Of a DNA stretch of 34,768 nucleotides, positions 1 through 9,711 are shown one piece after another. The stretch's first letter is position 1; every line of letters starts with the position of its first letter. The notes beneath the pieces are model-generated. The model saw nothing but the letters and a program-made list of their open reading frames with translations, had not been told where the DNA came from and made no database searches. Both the position numbers and the translations under genes were made by a program. The stretch is from Betaproteobacteria bacterium (lineage in GTDB: Bacteria; Pseudomonadota; Gammaproteobacteria; Burkholderiales; SG8-41), in the NCBI GenBank assembly GCA_029883965.1, contig JAOUIN010000001.1:1-34768 (forward strand), written 5' to 3'.

Positions 1-1
1 A

Positions 2-1624
2 GCGACAACGGTTCCTGCTGCGGGCCCAAACCTGACCGGTGAACAGTCCGCCGCACTCGATGCGATCCGGGGTGCGCTGGGATCCTATCAGGCGCTGTTG
101 CTTTGGGGCATCACCGGCAGCGGCAAGACAGAAGTTTATTTGCACGCCATCGCGTTGGCACTGGCACAAAAGGCCCAGGTGTTGCTGCTGGTGCCGGAAA
201 TTGCGCTCACACCCCAGCTGGAGTCGCTGATCGCTGCGCGCTTTCCCGGGGTTCCATTGGCCACGCTCCACAGCGGTCTCGCCGACGGAGCGCGCGCGGA
301 ACGCTGGCAGACCGCCCGCTGCGGTCATGCGCGCATTGTCCTCGGCACACGGCTGTCGGTGTTCACGCCGCTGCCGGCATTGGGCCTGATCATCGTCGAC
401 GAGGAGCATGATTCCTCATTCAAACAGGGCGAGGGATTCCGCTATTCCGCCCGCGACCTGGCCGTAGTGCGCGCCCGACAGCGCGACGTACCCGTGGTGC
501 TCGGGTCGGCAACGCCTGCGCTGGAGACCTATCGCAATGCCGTGGATCAGCGCTACCGCCTGCTGACGCTGAAAAGCCGCATACAGGCAGGACTGCCGAC
601 GATTTCCTGTATCGATTTGCGGCAACAACGCCCGTCAGACGGCCTCGCCGGTGAGCTGATCTCAGCCATTGCGAAACGCATTGCACGCGGCGAGCAAAGC
701 ATGGTGTTCATCAACCGCCGCGGTTATGCGCCGGTACTGATGTGCGGCAGCTGCGGGTGGATCTCGGACTGTCGCCGCTGTTCGGCCCGCCTGGTCCTGC
801 ATATGCGCGACCGCCAGTTGCGCTGTCACCATTGCGGCTACGCCGGCGCAGTGCCCCACGCCTGCCCGTCGTGCGGCGATACCGATCTGGCCCCGGTCGG
901 GCAGGGCACCCAGCGCGTCGAAGCCGCCCTCTCAGCACGTTTCCCGGAGGCGCGCATACTGCGCATCGACCGCGACACGACGCAGCCCAAGGGCGCCTGG
1001 CAGAACATGCGCGCCCGCATACACGAGCGCGAGATCGACATTCTGGTCGGCACCCAGATTCTGGCGAAGGGGCATGACTTCCCTCATCTGAATCTGGTCG
1101 GCGTGGTCAACGCTGACAGCATGCTCTACAGTAGTGATTTTCGCGCAACCGAACGCCTCTATGCCCTGCTCACCCAGGTCGCGGGGCGTGCCGGCCGCGG
1201 TGCGGTCCCGGGCGAGGTCCTGATACAGACCCAGTTCCCGGATCATCCTCTGTATGCAGCGCTACGCAGCCAGGATTACGACTCATTTGCCCGCGCCCAG
1301 CTCGCCGAACGCCGTCAGGCCGGTTTTCCACCGTACGTGTATCAGGCATTGTTGCGTGCCGAAGCGCGTGGGCTGAACACCGCGCTTCAGTTTTTGGCGC
1401 AGGCCGTGCGCGCGGCGCGCAAACTCGATTCCGGCATAACAATCTACGAGCCGGTACCCGCGAACATGATGCGCAAAGCCGGGCGCGAGCGTGCGCAGCT
1501 GCTGGTGCAGTCCCGATCGCGTGCGGAACTGCGCTCTTTCCTGAACGCCTGGCACCCGCTGCTTGCCGGCACCAAGAGTACTGCCGCACGCTGGTCGCTC
1601 GACGTCGATCCGCTGGATTTCTAA
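2..1624 (+). CDS. priA: Primosomal replication-restart helicase PriA (5' end off-window)
   Basis: The frame is open back to the window edge, and upstream codons read ...LTGEQSAALDAIRGALGSYQALLLWGITGSGKTEVY (Walker A). Also present are the DEAH-type box IIVDEEHD and a Cys-rich zinc cluster (CGSCG..CRRC..CHHCG..CPSCG) typical of PriA. Confidence 0.93.
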   Translation, partial: ATTVPAAGPNLTGEQSAALDAIRGALGSYQALLLWGITGSGKTEVYLHAIALALAQKAQVLLLVPEIALTPQLESLIAARFPGVPLATLHSGLADGARAERWQTARCGHARIVLGTRLSVFTPLPALGLIIVDEEHDSSFKQGEGFRYSARDLAVVRARQRDVPVVLGSATPALETYRNAVDQRYRLLTLKSRIQAGLPTISCIDLRQQRPSDGLAGELISAIAKRIARGEQSMVFINRRGYAPVLMCGSCGWISDCRRCSARLVLHMRDRQLRCHHCGYAGAVPHACPSCGDTDLAPVGQGTQRVEAALSARFPEARILRIDRDTTQPKGAWQNMRARIHEREIDILVGTQILAKGHDFPHLNLVGVVNADSMLYSSDFRATERLYALLTQVAGRAGRGAVPGEVLIQTQFPDHPLYAALRSQDYDSFARAQLAERRQAGFPPYVYQALLRAEARGLNTALQFLAQAVRAARKLDSGITIYEPVPANMMRKAGRERAQLLVQSRSRAELRSFLNAWHPLLAGTKSTAARWSLDVDPLDF

Positions 1625-1711
1625 GCAGGGCGAATCTCTGTGCCGTGTTAAAATCCGCCACTTTTCCCGTCGCAGAATCCCTGCAACCCTTGCAAGTCGG
1701 TCTGTCGCCCC

Positions 1712-3475
1712 GTGCCATCCAATCACCCTGAAATGACATCCGCGCCCGCCGATGCCAGAACGCTGCTCACCGGCCTGCTCCGGGACGCGCTTGCACGCGT
1801 GGTTCCGGCAGGAAGCAATGCGCCGATCCTGCTGGACCGGCCAAAACTGGAGCAGCACGGGGATTTCGCCTGCAACATTGCATTGCTGCTGGCAAAAGAG
1901 CTGCGCGGCAACCCGCGCAACATTGCCCAACAGCTCGTTGCGGCATTGCCCGCCTCCCCCCACGTGGAAAAAACTGAAATCGCCGGCGCGGGGTTCATCA
2001 ACCTGTTTCTGACCAATGCTTACAAGCAGCAGGTGGTCAGCCGCGTTCTGGCCGCCGGCGATCGCTACGGTGCCGGCACCTACGGGCAGCAACGAAAAAC
2101 GCAGGTGGAATTCGTCTCGGCGAATCCAACCGGTCCGTTGCACGTCGGCCACGGCCGCGGTGCCGCCTACGGCGCCAGCGTTGTTGCGATCCTCGCCATG
2201 GCGGGATTCGATGTGTCGCGCGAGTACTATGTCAATGATGCCGGCCGCCAGATGGACATTCTGGCGCTTTCAACCTGGTTGCGTTATCTCGAGTCCGGTG
2301 GCGCAACCTTGTCCTTTCCGCCCAATGCCTACCAGGGCGATTATGTACGCGCCATGGCGGCGCAACTGCGTAGCACCGACGACACACGTTTCGACAGGGT
2401 CTGGACGGATGTCGTCGCCGGTGCTGCGGATGTCGGCTCTGATCCGGAAAAGCATCTGGATGATTTGATCGCCAATGCCAAGCGTCTGCTGGGTAAGGAC
2501 TACGATCGGGTACATCGCCACGCGCTGGAGACCCAGCTGGCGGATTGCAGGAATGACCTGGCTGAATTCGGCGTCACCTTCGATCAGTGGTTCTCCGAGC
2601 GCTCGTTGTTTACGTCGGGACGGGTTGAACAGGCTGTGCGCGATCTGGAGCAACGTGGCCATATTTACCTCCAGGACGGTGCCAGATGGTTTCGATCCAG
2701 CGACTTTGGCGACGAGAAGGATCGCGTGGTGCAGCGGGAAAACGGGCAGTACACCTACTTTGCCAGCGATATTGCCTATCACATCGACAAGTTCGGACGC
2801 GGCTATGACCGGGTCATCGATGTCTGGGGCGCTGACCATCATGGCTATATTCCCCGCGTAAAAGGCGCACTGGCCGCGGTCGGGCAGGATCCGGACCGGC
2901 TGAATGTCGCACTGGTGCAATTCGCCGTGCTCTACCGCAACGGGCAGAAAGTCTCGATGTCCACCCGGTCGGGCGAGTTTGTCACGCTGCGTGAATTACG
3001 GCAGGAAGTTGGCAATGATGCTGCACGCTTTTTCTATGTGCTGCGCAAAAGCGACCAGCATCTCGACTTTGACCTTGACCTGGCGAAGTCGCAAAGCAAC
3101 GACAATCCCGTGTATTACATCCAGTATGCACACGCGCGGGTATGCAGCGTGCTCGAGCAGTGGGGCGGCGACGAAAATTCACTGCGGGGCATCGATACCA
3201 CGCCGCTGGTATCGCCGCATGAGACCGTTCTGCTTAAACGCCTGATGGAGTTTCCGGAAATCATCGAGAATGCCGCACGCGATCTGGCCCCGCACAGCGT
3301 CGCCTTTTATCTGAAAGACCTCGCGGGTGAGTTTCACAGTTATTACAATGCAGAGCGTTTCCTGGTCGATGACTCCGCACTGAAAGCTGCCCGGCTGGCG
3401 CTGGCCCTCGCGGTGCGCCAGGTCCTGCGCAATGGACTTGCGCTACTGGGTGTGACCGCACCCGAAAAAATGTAA
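1712..3475 (+). CDS. argS: Arginine--tRNA ligase
   Basis: 587-aa ORF with class I HIGH motif (PTGPLHVGHGRGA), KMSKS-equivalent MSTRSG, and the typical ArgS N-terminal and DALR-like C-terminal regions. The start is ambiguous: GTG at 1712 or ATG at 1733, and neither has a clear Shine-Dalgarno (SD) sequence. Confidence 0.95.
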   Translation: MPSNHPEMTSAPADARTLLTGLLRDALARVVPAGSNAPILLDRPKLEQHGDFACNIALLLAKELRGNPRNIAQQLVAALPASPHVEKTEIAGAGFINLFLTNAYKQQVVSRVLAAGDRYGAGTYGQQRKTQVEFVSANPTGPLHVGHGRGAAYGASVVAILAMAGFDVSREYYVNDAGRQMDILALSTWLRYLESGGATLSFPPNAYQGDYVRAMAAQLRSTDDTRFDRVWTDVVAGAADVGSDPEKHLDDLIANAKRLLGKDYDRVHRHALETQLADCRNDLAEFGVTFDQWFSERSLFTSGRVEQAVRDLEQRGHIYLQDGARWFRSSDFGDEKDRVVQRENGQYTYFASDIAYHIDKFGRGYDRVIDVWGADHHGYIPRVKGALAAVGQDPDRLNVALVQFAVLYRNGQKVSMSTRSGEFVTLRELRQEVGNDAARFFYVLRKSDQHLDFDLDLAKSQSNDNPVYYIQYAHARVCSVLEQWGGDENSLRGIDTTPLVSPHETVLLKRLMEFPEIIENAARDLAPHSVAFYLKDLAGEFHSYYNAERFLVDDSALKAARLALALAVRQVLRNGLALLGVTAPEKM

Positions 3476-3484
3476 GATTGCCGC

Positions 3485-4066
3485 GTGAGCCGAGACTACA
3501 AAAGCAGCGACCGCAAAAGCACCTCCCGCAGCAGCGGCGGGTCCCTGATCATCGGGATACTGATCGGCCTGGTACTGGGTCTGGGCATTGCGTTGGGCGT
3601 CGCCTGGTATATCAACAAGATGCCCAACCCGTTCCAGCCGCGTCCGCAGGCCGTCAAGCCGGATCCGGTAAAACCGGCGCCCGCGGAAGTCGCCAAACCG
3701 GCCGCAAAAGACGGTAAAACTGCCGAGATCAAACCCCGTTTCGATTTTTACAAGATTTTGCCCGGCGTAGAAGAACCCGCGACGGAACAACAGTTACGCG
3801 AAACCAAGGCTGCATCGAAAGAATCTTTTTATCTGCAAGCCGGCGCTTTCCAGAATGCGCCCGATGCCGATAATCTGAAAGCGCGGCTGGCGCTGATCGG
3901 CATGCAGGCCTCCGTTCAGACCACGACGCTACCCGACCGCGGCGTATGGCACCGCGTACGCCTCGGACCCTATGGCAGCGTTGAGGAACTGAACCGGACT
4001 CGGGACACTCTGAAGAAGAACGGTGTTGATACGACGCTGATCAAAGTTCGCGACGCCGATAGATAG
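3485..4066 (+). CDS. SPOR-domain (peptidoglycan-binding) membrane protein, FtsN/DedD-like
   Basis: GTG start, one N-terminal transmembrane helix (LIIGILIGLVLGLGIALGVAWYI) and a Pro/Ala/Lys-rich linker. The C-terminal SPOR-like domain reads FYLQAGAFQNAPDADNLKARLALIGM...WHRVRLGPYGSVEELNRTRDTLKKNG. Confidence 0.8.
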   Translation: MSRDYKSSDRKSTSRSSGGSLIIGILIGLVLGLGIALGVAWYINKMPNPFQPRPQAVKPDPVKPAPAEVAKPAAKDGKTAEIKPRFDFYKILPGVEEPATEQQLRETKAASKESFYLQAGAFQNAPDADNLKARLALIGMQASVQTTTLPDRGVWHRVRLGPYGSVEELNRTRDTLKKNGVDTTLIKVRDADR

Positions 4067-4084
4067 ACCCTTACTGGAGACACC

Positions 4085-4747
4085 ATGCGACTGACTGCCC
4101 TGTTCCGGTACGCGCTGATTGTGGCCGGCCTCAGCCTGTTTTTTACCGCCCATGCAGCCCAATTGACTGCCGGCAAGGACTATGCACCGGTCCGGGTACC
4201 ACAACCCACCGAAAGCGGCAGCAAGGTCGAAGTAATGGAGTTTTTCTGGTATGGCTGCCCGCATTGCTACAATCTGCAGCCGGCGCTTGAAGCCTGGCTC
4301 AAACGCAAACCTGCGGATGTCGAGTTCCGGCGCATTCCGGCGGTATTCCAAGATTCCTGGGTGCCGCTGACCCGGGCTTATTACACTATCGAGGCCATGG
4401 GTCTGGTCGACAAGCTGCATCAGGAAGTATTTACCGCCCTGCACAAGCAACGGGTGCGCCTGCAGGACGCAAATGCCATTTTCGACTGGGTAGCGAGCAA
4501 AGGCGTTGATCGCAAGAAATTTGCCGACACCTATAACTCTTTCGGCATCAACGGCCGCACCCAGCGCTCGATCGAACTGACCCGCAAGTTTGACATTCCG
4601 GGTACGCCCGCGCTGATCATCGACGGTAAGTACCTGACTGCACCTTCCATGACCCTCAAAGCGGATCGCACCATCGACTACGACCGGTTCTTCCAAGTCG
4701 TCGACGATTTGATCGCTGAGGCACGGAAAAGCAAGGGGAGCAAGTAA
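4085..4747 (+). CDS. dsbA: Periplasmic thiol:disulfide interchange protein DsbA (copy 1)
   Basis: Signal peptide ending AHA-A, thioredoxin-fold active site FFWYGCPHCYNL (CPHC), and GTP cis-Pro loop (IPGTPALII). A GGAGA SD lies 6 nt upstream of the ATG. Confidence 0.9.
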   Translation: MRLTALFRYALIVAGLSLFFTAHAAQLTAGKDYAPVRVPQPTESGSKVEVMEFFWYGCPHCYNLQPALEAWLKRKPADVEFRRIPAVFQDSWVPLTRAYYTIEAMGLVDKLHQEVFTALHKQRVRLQDANAIFDWVASKGVDRKKFADTYNSFGINGRTQRSIELTRKFDIPGTPALIIDGKYLTAPSMTLKADRTIDYDRFFQVVDDLIAEARKSKGSK

Positions 4748-4750
4748 ATC

Positions 4751-5404
4751 ATGCTGCTGGCACGGGCAGGACTGGCTGCCTGTGTCATCGCGCTGCTGTT
4801 TTTCCCGGCCGGTTACGCAGCCGCCCAGCAAACAGGAATACTGCGGGCTGAGATCGACTACCGGGCGATTGATCCTCAGCCTGTCAGCGTAACCGAAGGG
4901 ATCGAAGTCATCGATTTTTTCTGGTATGGCTGCCCGCATTGCTACAACCTGCAGCCGTTTCTCGAGCGCTGGATCAGCCGTAAACCCCCCGATGTGACGG
5001 TACGCAAAATTCCGGCGGTGCTGCGGGATAGCTGGCTGCCACATGCGCGCATTTACTACACGCTGGAGGCGCTGGGCGAAGTAGAACGCCTGCACCAGCA
5101 GGTCTACCACGGATACCATGTCGAAAAACTGTCCATGAGCAAACCCGAGGTCATGACAGCATGGGCGGTACGCCATGGCATCAACCGCGAGCGCTGGGAC
5201 GAAACCTATGCGTCAGCGGCGGTACAACACAAAGTTGAAGAAGCGGCGAAGCTGACCCGCATGTACAAAGTCGGCGGAACCCCGTCCCTGGTGGTCCAGG
5301 GCCGTTATCTGACTTCCGGCAGCATGGTTGAGTCGCTGGAACACATGGTCACCGTCACGGACGGCCTGGTGCGACGCATCAGAGACCAGGCAAGCGCGCG
5401 CTGA
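4751..5404 (+). CDS. DsbA-family thiol:disulfide oxidoreductase (tandem paralog, copy 2)
   Basis: Starts 3 nt after the copy 1 stop. It has a signal peptide, the identical FFWYGCPHCYNLQP active-site block, and a GGTPSLVV cis-Pro loop. The rest of the protein is clearly diverged from copy 1. Confidence 0.88.
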   Translation: MLLARAGLAACVIALLFFPAGYAAAQQTGILRAEIDYRAIDPQPVSVTEGIEVIDFFWYGCPHCYNLQPFLERWISRKPPDVTVRKIPAVLRDSWLPHARIYYTLEALGEVERLHQQVYHGYHVEKLSMSKPEVMTAWAVRHGINRERWDETYASAAVQHKVEEAAKLTRMYKVGGTPSLVVQGRYLTSGSMVESLEHMVTVTDGLVRRIRDQASAR

Positions 5405-5430
5405 TGGCGTAACGCGCCGGCATAATTTTC

Positions 5431-6225
5431 ATGCCCGCCCGAACTCATGAGCATGTCGTTGTTACCGGCGCCTCTGGCGGGCTGGGTACTGCGCTTGCCC
5501 GCCATTATGCCGGCAGCGGTGGAATGGTAAGTCTGATCGCGCGCAACACGGATGCCCTGGAGCGCCTTGAACGGGAGTATCCCGGTCGCTGCACATATCG
5601 CGCAGCTGATGTGCGCGACTCGAATGCGATGCGCAGCGCCGCCGAGGCGTTTGTCAAATGCTGCGGCCTGCCGGATGTGGTCATTGCCAATGCAGGCATC
5701 AGTATCGGCACGCTGACAGAACTGGCAGAGGATGAGCAGGCCTTCCGGGATGTCTTCGACATCAACGTCATCGGCATGATCAATACCTTTCAGCCCTATA
5801 TTGCGGCGATGCGTGAGCGTGGTCGCGGCGTGCTGGTCGGCGTCGCCAGCGTCGCCGGCTACCGGGGCCTGCCCGGATCCGGCGCTTATTCGGCATCGAA
5901 GGCTGCAGTCATCAGCTATCTGGAGAGCCTGCGGGTAGAGTTGCGGAACAGCGGGATCACGGTAATTACGGTTTGCCCCGGATATATCGTCTCGGCGATG
6001 ACGGCGCATAACCCCTACCGCATGCCATTCATCATGACGGCCGAAACCGCCGCCGAGAAAATTGCCACGATCATCACCAGGCGAAAGGATTACGCGGTGA
6101 TCCCCTGGCAAATGGCCGTTGTGGCGCGACTGATGCACGTGCTGCCGCGGTTCATTTATGACCGGCTCGCGGCGAAGTCGGGACGCAAGCCCCGGCGCAA
6201 ACTGCCGCCGGAGGCGCCGGACTGA
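5431..6225 (+). CDS. Short-chain dehydrogenase/reductase (SDR) family oxidoreductase
   Basis: Classical SDR motifs: VVVTGASGGLGTALA (TGxxxGxG), NAGI, and the catalytic YSASKAA (YxxxK). Confidence 0.85.
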   Translation: MPARTHEHVVVTGASGGLGTALARHYAGSGGMVSLIARNTDALERLEREYPGRCTYRAADVRDSNAMRSAAEAFVKCCGLPDVVIANAGISIGTLTELAEDEQAFRDVFDINVIGMINTFQPYIAAMRERGRGVLVGVASVAGYRGLPGSGAYSASKAAVISYLESLRVELRNSGITVITVCPGYIVSAMTAHNPYRMPFIMTAETAAEKIATIITRRKDYAVIPWQMAVVARLMHVLPRFIYDRLAAKSGRKPRRKLPPEAPD

Positions 6226-6472
6226 GTTGAGCTCAAGCTGCGGCGGCGATCAGCGCATTCAAGGTCAGCGCCGATAACATCAGCCAGCAATCAATTAATG
6301 CCGGTTGCCCGGCAGCGAGCTGTGACAAACCGGATTTCAGACGCATTGCGATGTGCGGATCATGGCCGTGCAATGCATCGATTTTGGAAAGTCCGGGCAC
6401 GGCGGGTATCAAGCGCAATCCCGACGAAAGACCGCAGTGCGTGCCGCCGCGCCGGATAAACCGGGAGACGCT

Positions 6473-8299
6473 CTATTCCACCGTCACCGATTTGGCGAGG
6501 TTCCGCGGCTTGTCGACATCGGTACCGCGATGCAATGCGGTATGGTAAGCCAGCAGTTGCAGCGGTACGGTGTGCAGTATGGGCGACAGCAGGCCGGCAT
6601 GGTCGGGCATCTGTATGACATGGACACCGTCGCTCGGCACGATTCGGGCGTCCTGATCCGCAAGCACATAGAGCTCCCCGCCGCGGGCGCGAACTTCCTG
6701 CAGATTCGATTTCAATTTTTCCAGCAACGAGTCTTTAGGGGCAACCGCAACCACCGGCATATTGCGGTCCACCAGCGCCAGGGGCCCGTGTTTCAATTCG
6801 CCAGCAGCATAGGCTTCCGCATGTATGTATGAAATCTCCTTGAGCTTTAGCGCGCCTTCCATCGCAATCGGATAATGGATGCCGCGGCCGAGGAACAGCA
6901 TATGTTCCTTGCGTGAAAATTGCTCCGCCCAAATCTCGATCTGCGGTTCGATTGCGAGCACATGGGTCAACGCCGCGGGCAGATGGCGCAGCGCATGCAA
7001 CAGTTCCGCCTCAGGTTCCGTCGTCAACCGCCCGCGCTGCTTGGCCAGCGCCATAGTCAGCATCACCAGCGCCACCAGTTGCGTCGTAAACGCCTTGGTT
7101 GATGCCACGCCGATCTCCGGTCCGGCGCGGGTCAGGAACCGCAGGTCGGATGCGCGCACCAGCGCCGATTCCGGCGCGTTACAAATTGTCAGACTGTAAC
7201 GATGGCCGCGCTGCTTGGCGTACTGCAGCGCTGCGAGTGTGTCTGCCGTCTCGCCCGATTGCGAAATCGTGACCACCAGCGTATCTGGTTCGCAGAATGC
7301 TTCGCGATACCGGTATTCGCTGGCAATCTCGACGCTGCATGACAACCCGGCGACGGCCTCAATCCAGTACCGGGCGACCATGCCCGCGTGATAGCTGGTG
7401 CCGCAGGCAAGTATTAGTAACCTGTTGATTTTATTAAATATTTCTTCTGCCTTGCTGCCAAAGATCTGGGGCACTACAGCACGCGCGTTGGTGACCATTT
7501 CCAGCGTGTTGGCCACCGCCATCGGCTGTTCAAAAATCTCTTTCTGCATGTAGTGCCGGTACGGCCCGAGTTCGACAGCCTCGGCGGTCAACTCCGAAAT
7601 CTGTTCTGCACGCGTTGCCGGCTGACCGGCAGCATCAACTATGCGCACATGATCGCGGGTCAGTTCCGCACAATCGCCTTCCTCCAGATAAACCACGCGC
7701 TGCGTGACCTGGATCAGCGCCGAGGCATCGGAGGCGGCAAAGTTCTGCCCGTCACCCAGACCAAGCAGCAGGGGCGCCCCCATACGCGCGACAATCAAGC
7801 GCGTATCGTCGGTTTCATTGATGACCGCAACCGCATAGGCCCCGACCAGTTCGTGCAAGCTGCGGCGGACTGCATCGAACAGGTCGCCGCATTGCGCCAG
7901 GTGCAAATGCACCAGGTGGGCGATCACTTCGGTATCCGTATCCGATACAAACTTGTAACCAAGTCCACGCAGCTTTTCGCGCATCTCTTCATGATTTTCG
8001 ATGATGCCGTTGTGCACCACCGAAATTCCACCCGATACATGCGGATGCGCATTCGTCTCCGACGGCGCACCATGCGTGGCCCAGCGGGTGTGGGCAATGC
8101 CGATGGTTCCGCTTACATTGCCCGCCTGCGCCAGGCGCTCGAGTTCGGCCACGCGTCCGGTACTTCGCAACCGGCGCAAGCCGCCATTGATGACTGCAAT
8201 ACCCGCTGAGTCGTAGCCCCGGTATTCAAGCCGCTTCAGCCCCTCGATCAGGATGGGCACGGCATCACGCGCCGTGACAGCGCCCACTATTCCGCACAT
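6473..8299 (-). CDS. glmS: Glutamine--fructose-6-phosphate aminotransferase (isomerizing)
   Basis: 608 aa with N-terminal MCGIVG (Ntn amidotransferase Cys), tandem SIS domains, and the canonical C-terminus ...NLAKSVTVE. Confidence 0.97.
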   Translation of the reverse strand: MCGIVGAVTARDAVPILIEGLKRLEYRGYDSAGIAVINGGLRRLRSTGRVAELERLAQAGNVSGTIGIAHTRWATHGAPSETNAHPHVSGGISVVHNGIIENHEEMREKLRGLGYKFVSDTDTEVIAHLVHLHLAQCGDLFDAVRRSLHELVGAYAVAVINETDDTRLIVARMGAPLLLGLGDGQNFAASDASALIQVTQRVVYLEEGDCAELTRDHVRIVDAAGQPATRAEQISELTAEAVELGPYRHYMQKEIFEQPMAVANTLEMVTNARAVVPQIFGSKAEEIFNKINRLLILACGTSYHAGMVARYWIEAVAGLSCSVEIASEYRYREAFCEPDTLVVTISQSGETADTLAALQYAKQRGHRYSLTICNAPESALVRASDLRFLTRAGPEIGVASTKAFTTQLVALVMLTMALAKQRGRLTTEPEAELLHALRHLPAALTHVLAIEPQIEIWAEQFSRKEHMLFLGRGIHYPIAMEGALKLKEISYIHAEAYAAGELKHGPLALVDRNMPVVAVAPKDSLLEKLKSNLQEVRARGGELYVLADQDARIVPSDGVHVIQMPDHAGLLSPILHTVPLQLLAYHTALHRGTDVDKPRNLAKSVTVE

Positions 8300-8325
8300 G
8301 GATTAATGCCGTCCTGTCATTAGGT

Positions 8326-9690
8326 TCATTTTTTTGTTTTTTTCGGGCGCTTCCAGCCCGGGCGGTGTTCCTGGGCTTTGGGATTGATCACCAGGCCTCC
8401 AGCCGCGGTGTTTTTCCACAACGTCGTGCCCGCACCAACCGTGGTGCCGCGGGCAACACGCACCGGTGCCACCAACTGCACATCGGAGCCTATGTGTACA
8501 TCGTCCTCGATCACCGTGCGATGTTTGTTCGCACCGTCGTAATTGCAGGTGATCGTCCCGGCACCGATGTTGACGTTGCGGCCAACCGTCGAGTCTCCGA
8601 CGTAAGCCAGATGGTTCGCCTTGGATCCGTCACCGATCTCGCTGGCCTTGATTTCAACAAAATTTCCCACATGCACCTCCGCCGCCAGCCGGGTGCCGGG
8701 TCGTATGCGCGCGTAAGGTCCGATGCGGCAAAGCGTACCAATATGTGCGCCATCGATATGGGAAAAAGGCTCTATCCGGGTACCGGCACCGATGGCGACG
8801 TCCTTCAGCAGGCAATGGGCGCCGATACTGACGCCGTCAGCAAGCTCTACACCGCCTTCAAAAACACACCCGACATCGATCTGCACATCGCGTCCGCAAC
8901 GCATCGTTCCACGCAAATCAAAGCGCAGCGGGTCCGTCAAGGTAACGCCGGCATCCAGCAGTTTCATCGCCTGTCGCCATTGAAAGGCGCGCTCCAGCTC
9001 GGCGAGCTGTACGCGGCTGTTGACGCCCTGAATTTCACCCGGATCGGCCACCTTGATACCGAACACCGGTACACGATCTTTCACCGCCAATGCAATGACA
9101 TCGGTTAGGTAATACTCTTTTTGCGAATTGTTCTGCTTCAGTGCAGACAACCAGGGCTGCAGTTTCGCCGTGGGCAGCGCCATGATGCCGGTATTGATCT
9201 CGCGAATCCGCTGCTGGGCTGCAGTGGCATCCTTTTGTTCAACAATCCCTGTGACGCGGCCTGACCTGTTGCGCAGGATACGGCCATAGCCGGCGGGATC
9301 TTCCATTTCCGCCGTCAGCACGGCGACACCGTCTTCGGCCGCTTCGAGCAGTGTGCGCAATGTTTCCGCACGGACCAGCGGCACATCGCCATAAAGCACC
9401 AGCGTCACCGGAGCCTTGGTCAGTCTGGGCAGCGCCTGCTTCAGCGCATGGCCGGTGCCCAGTTGCGGTGCCTGCAGTGCAAAAACAAGATCTTCCGCGG
9501 ACAATGTCTGCCGCACCTGATCGCCGCCGTGACCATGGACGATGCAGATCTGTCCGGCAGCAAGTTCACGCGCCGTGGCAATTACATGGGCGATCAGCGA
9601 CTGGCCAGCCAGCAGATGCAGGACCTTGGGCAGGTCGGAGTTCATCCGTTTACCTTGGCCAGCGGCAAGAATTACAACTTGGAAGGGCAT
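8326..9690 (-). CDS. glmU: Bifunctional UDP-N-acetylglucosamine pyrophosphorylase / glucosamine-1-phosphate N-acetyltransferase
   Basis: 454 aa with N-terminal [11 protein letters not shown] nucleotidyltransferase motif and a C-terminal left-handed beta-helix with hexapeptide repeats. Confidence 0.96.
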   Translation of the reverse strand: MPFQVVILAAGQGKRMNSDLPKVLHLLAGQSLIAHVIATARELAAGQICIVHGHGGDQVRQTLSAEDLVFALQAPQLGTGHALKQALPRLTKAPVTLVLYGDVPLVRAETLRTLLEAAEDGVAVLTAEMEDPAGYGRILRNRSGRVTGIVEQKDATAAQQRIREINTGIMALPTAKLQPWLSALKQNNSQKEYYLTDVIALAVKDRVPVFGIKVADPGEIQGVNSRVQLAELERAFQWRQAMKLLDAGVTLTDPLRFDLRGTMRCGRDVQIDVGCVFEGGVELADGVSIGAHCLLKDVAIGAGTRIEPFSHIDGAHIGTLCRIGPYARIRPGTRLAAEVHVGNFVEIKASEIGDGSKANHLAYVGDSTVGRNVNIGAGTITCNYDGANKHRTVIEDDVHIGSDVQLVAPVRVARGTTVGAGTTLWKNTAAGGLVINPKAQEHRPGWKRPKKTKK

Positions 9691-9711
9691 CGGAAAATTA
9701 TCGCATAAACA

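Noticed and set aside
1283-2152. 289-aa minus-strand ORF across the priA-argS junction. Similar long shadow ORFs include 5305..6138 (-), 10051..10842 (+), 8365..9108 (+), 7553..8209 (+), 19257..19964 (+), 19961..20725 (+), 20596..21363 (+), 2270..2920 (-) and 28687..29325 (-).
   Set aside because: I checked the phase for 1283..2152, 5305..6138 and 10051..10842, and all three are codon-aligned antisense to strongly supported genes. The others were not phase-checked. They also overlap well-supported genes and have low-complexity Arg/Ala/Gly/Pro-rich translations typical of GC-rich shadow frames.
3929-5176. 415-aa minus-strand ORF spanning the end of the SPOR gene and most of both dsbA genes
   Set aside because: It is codon-aligned antisense to the SPOR, dsbA1 and dsbA2 genes, which all share the same frame (coordinate mod 3 = 2). 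It stays open simply because sense TTA, CTA and TCA codons are rare. Its internal repeat (LQVVAMRAAIPEK / LQIVAMRAAIPEK) is just the reverse translation of the duplicated FFWYGCPHCYNLQ block. The sense-strand genes have clear family motifs.
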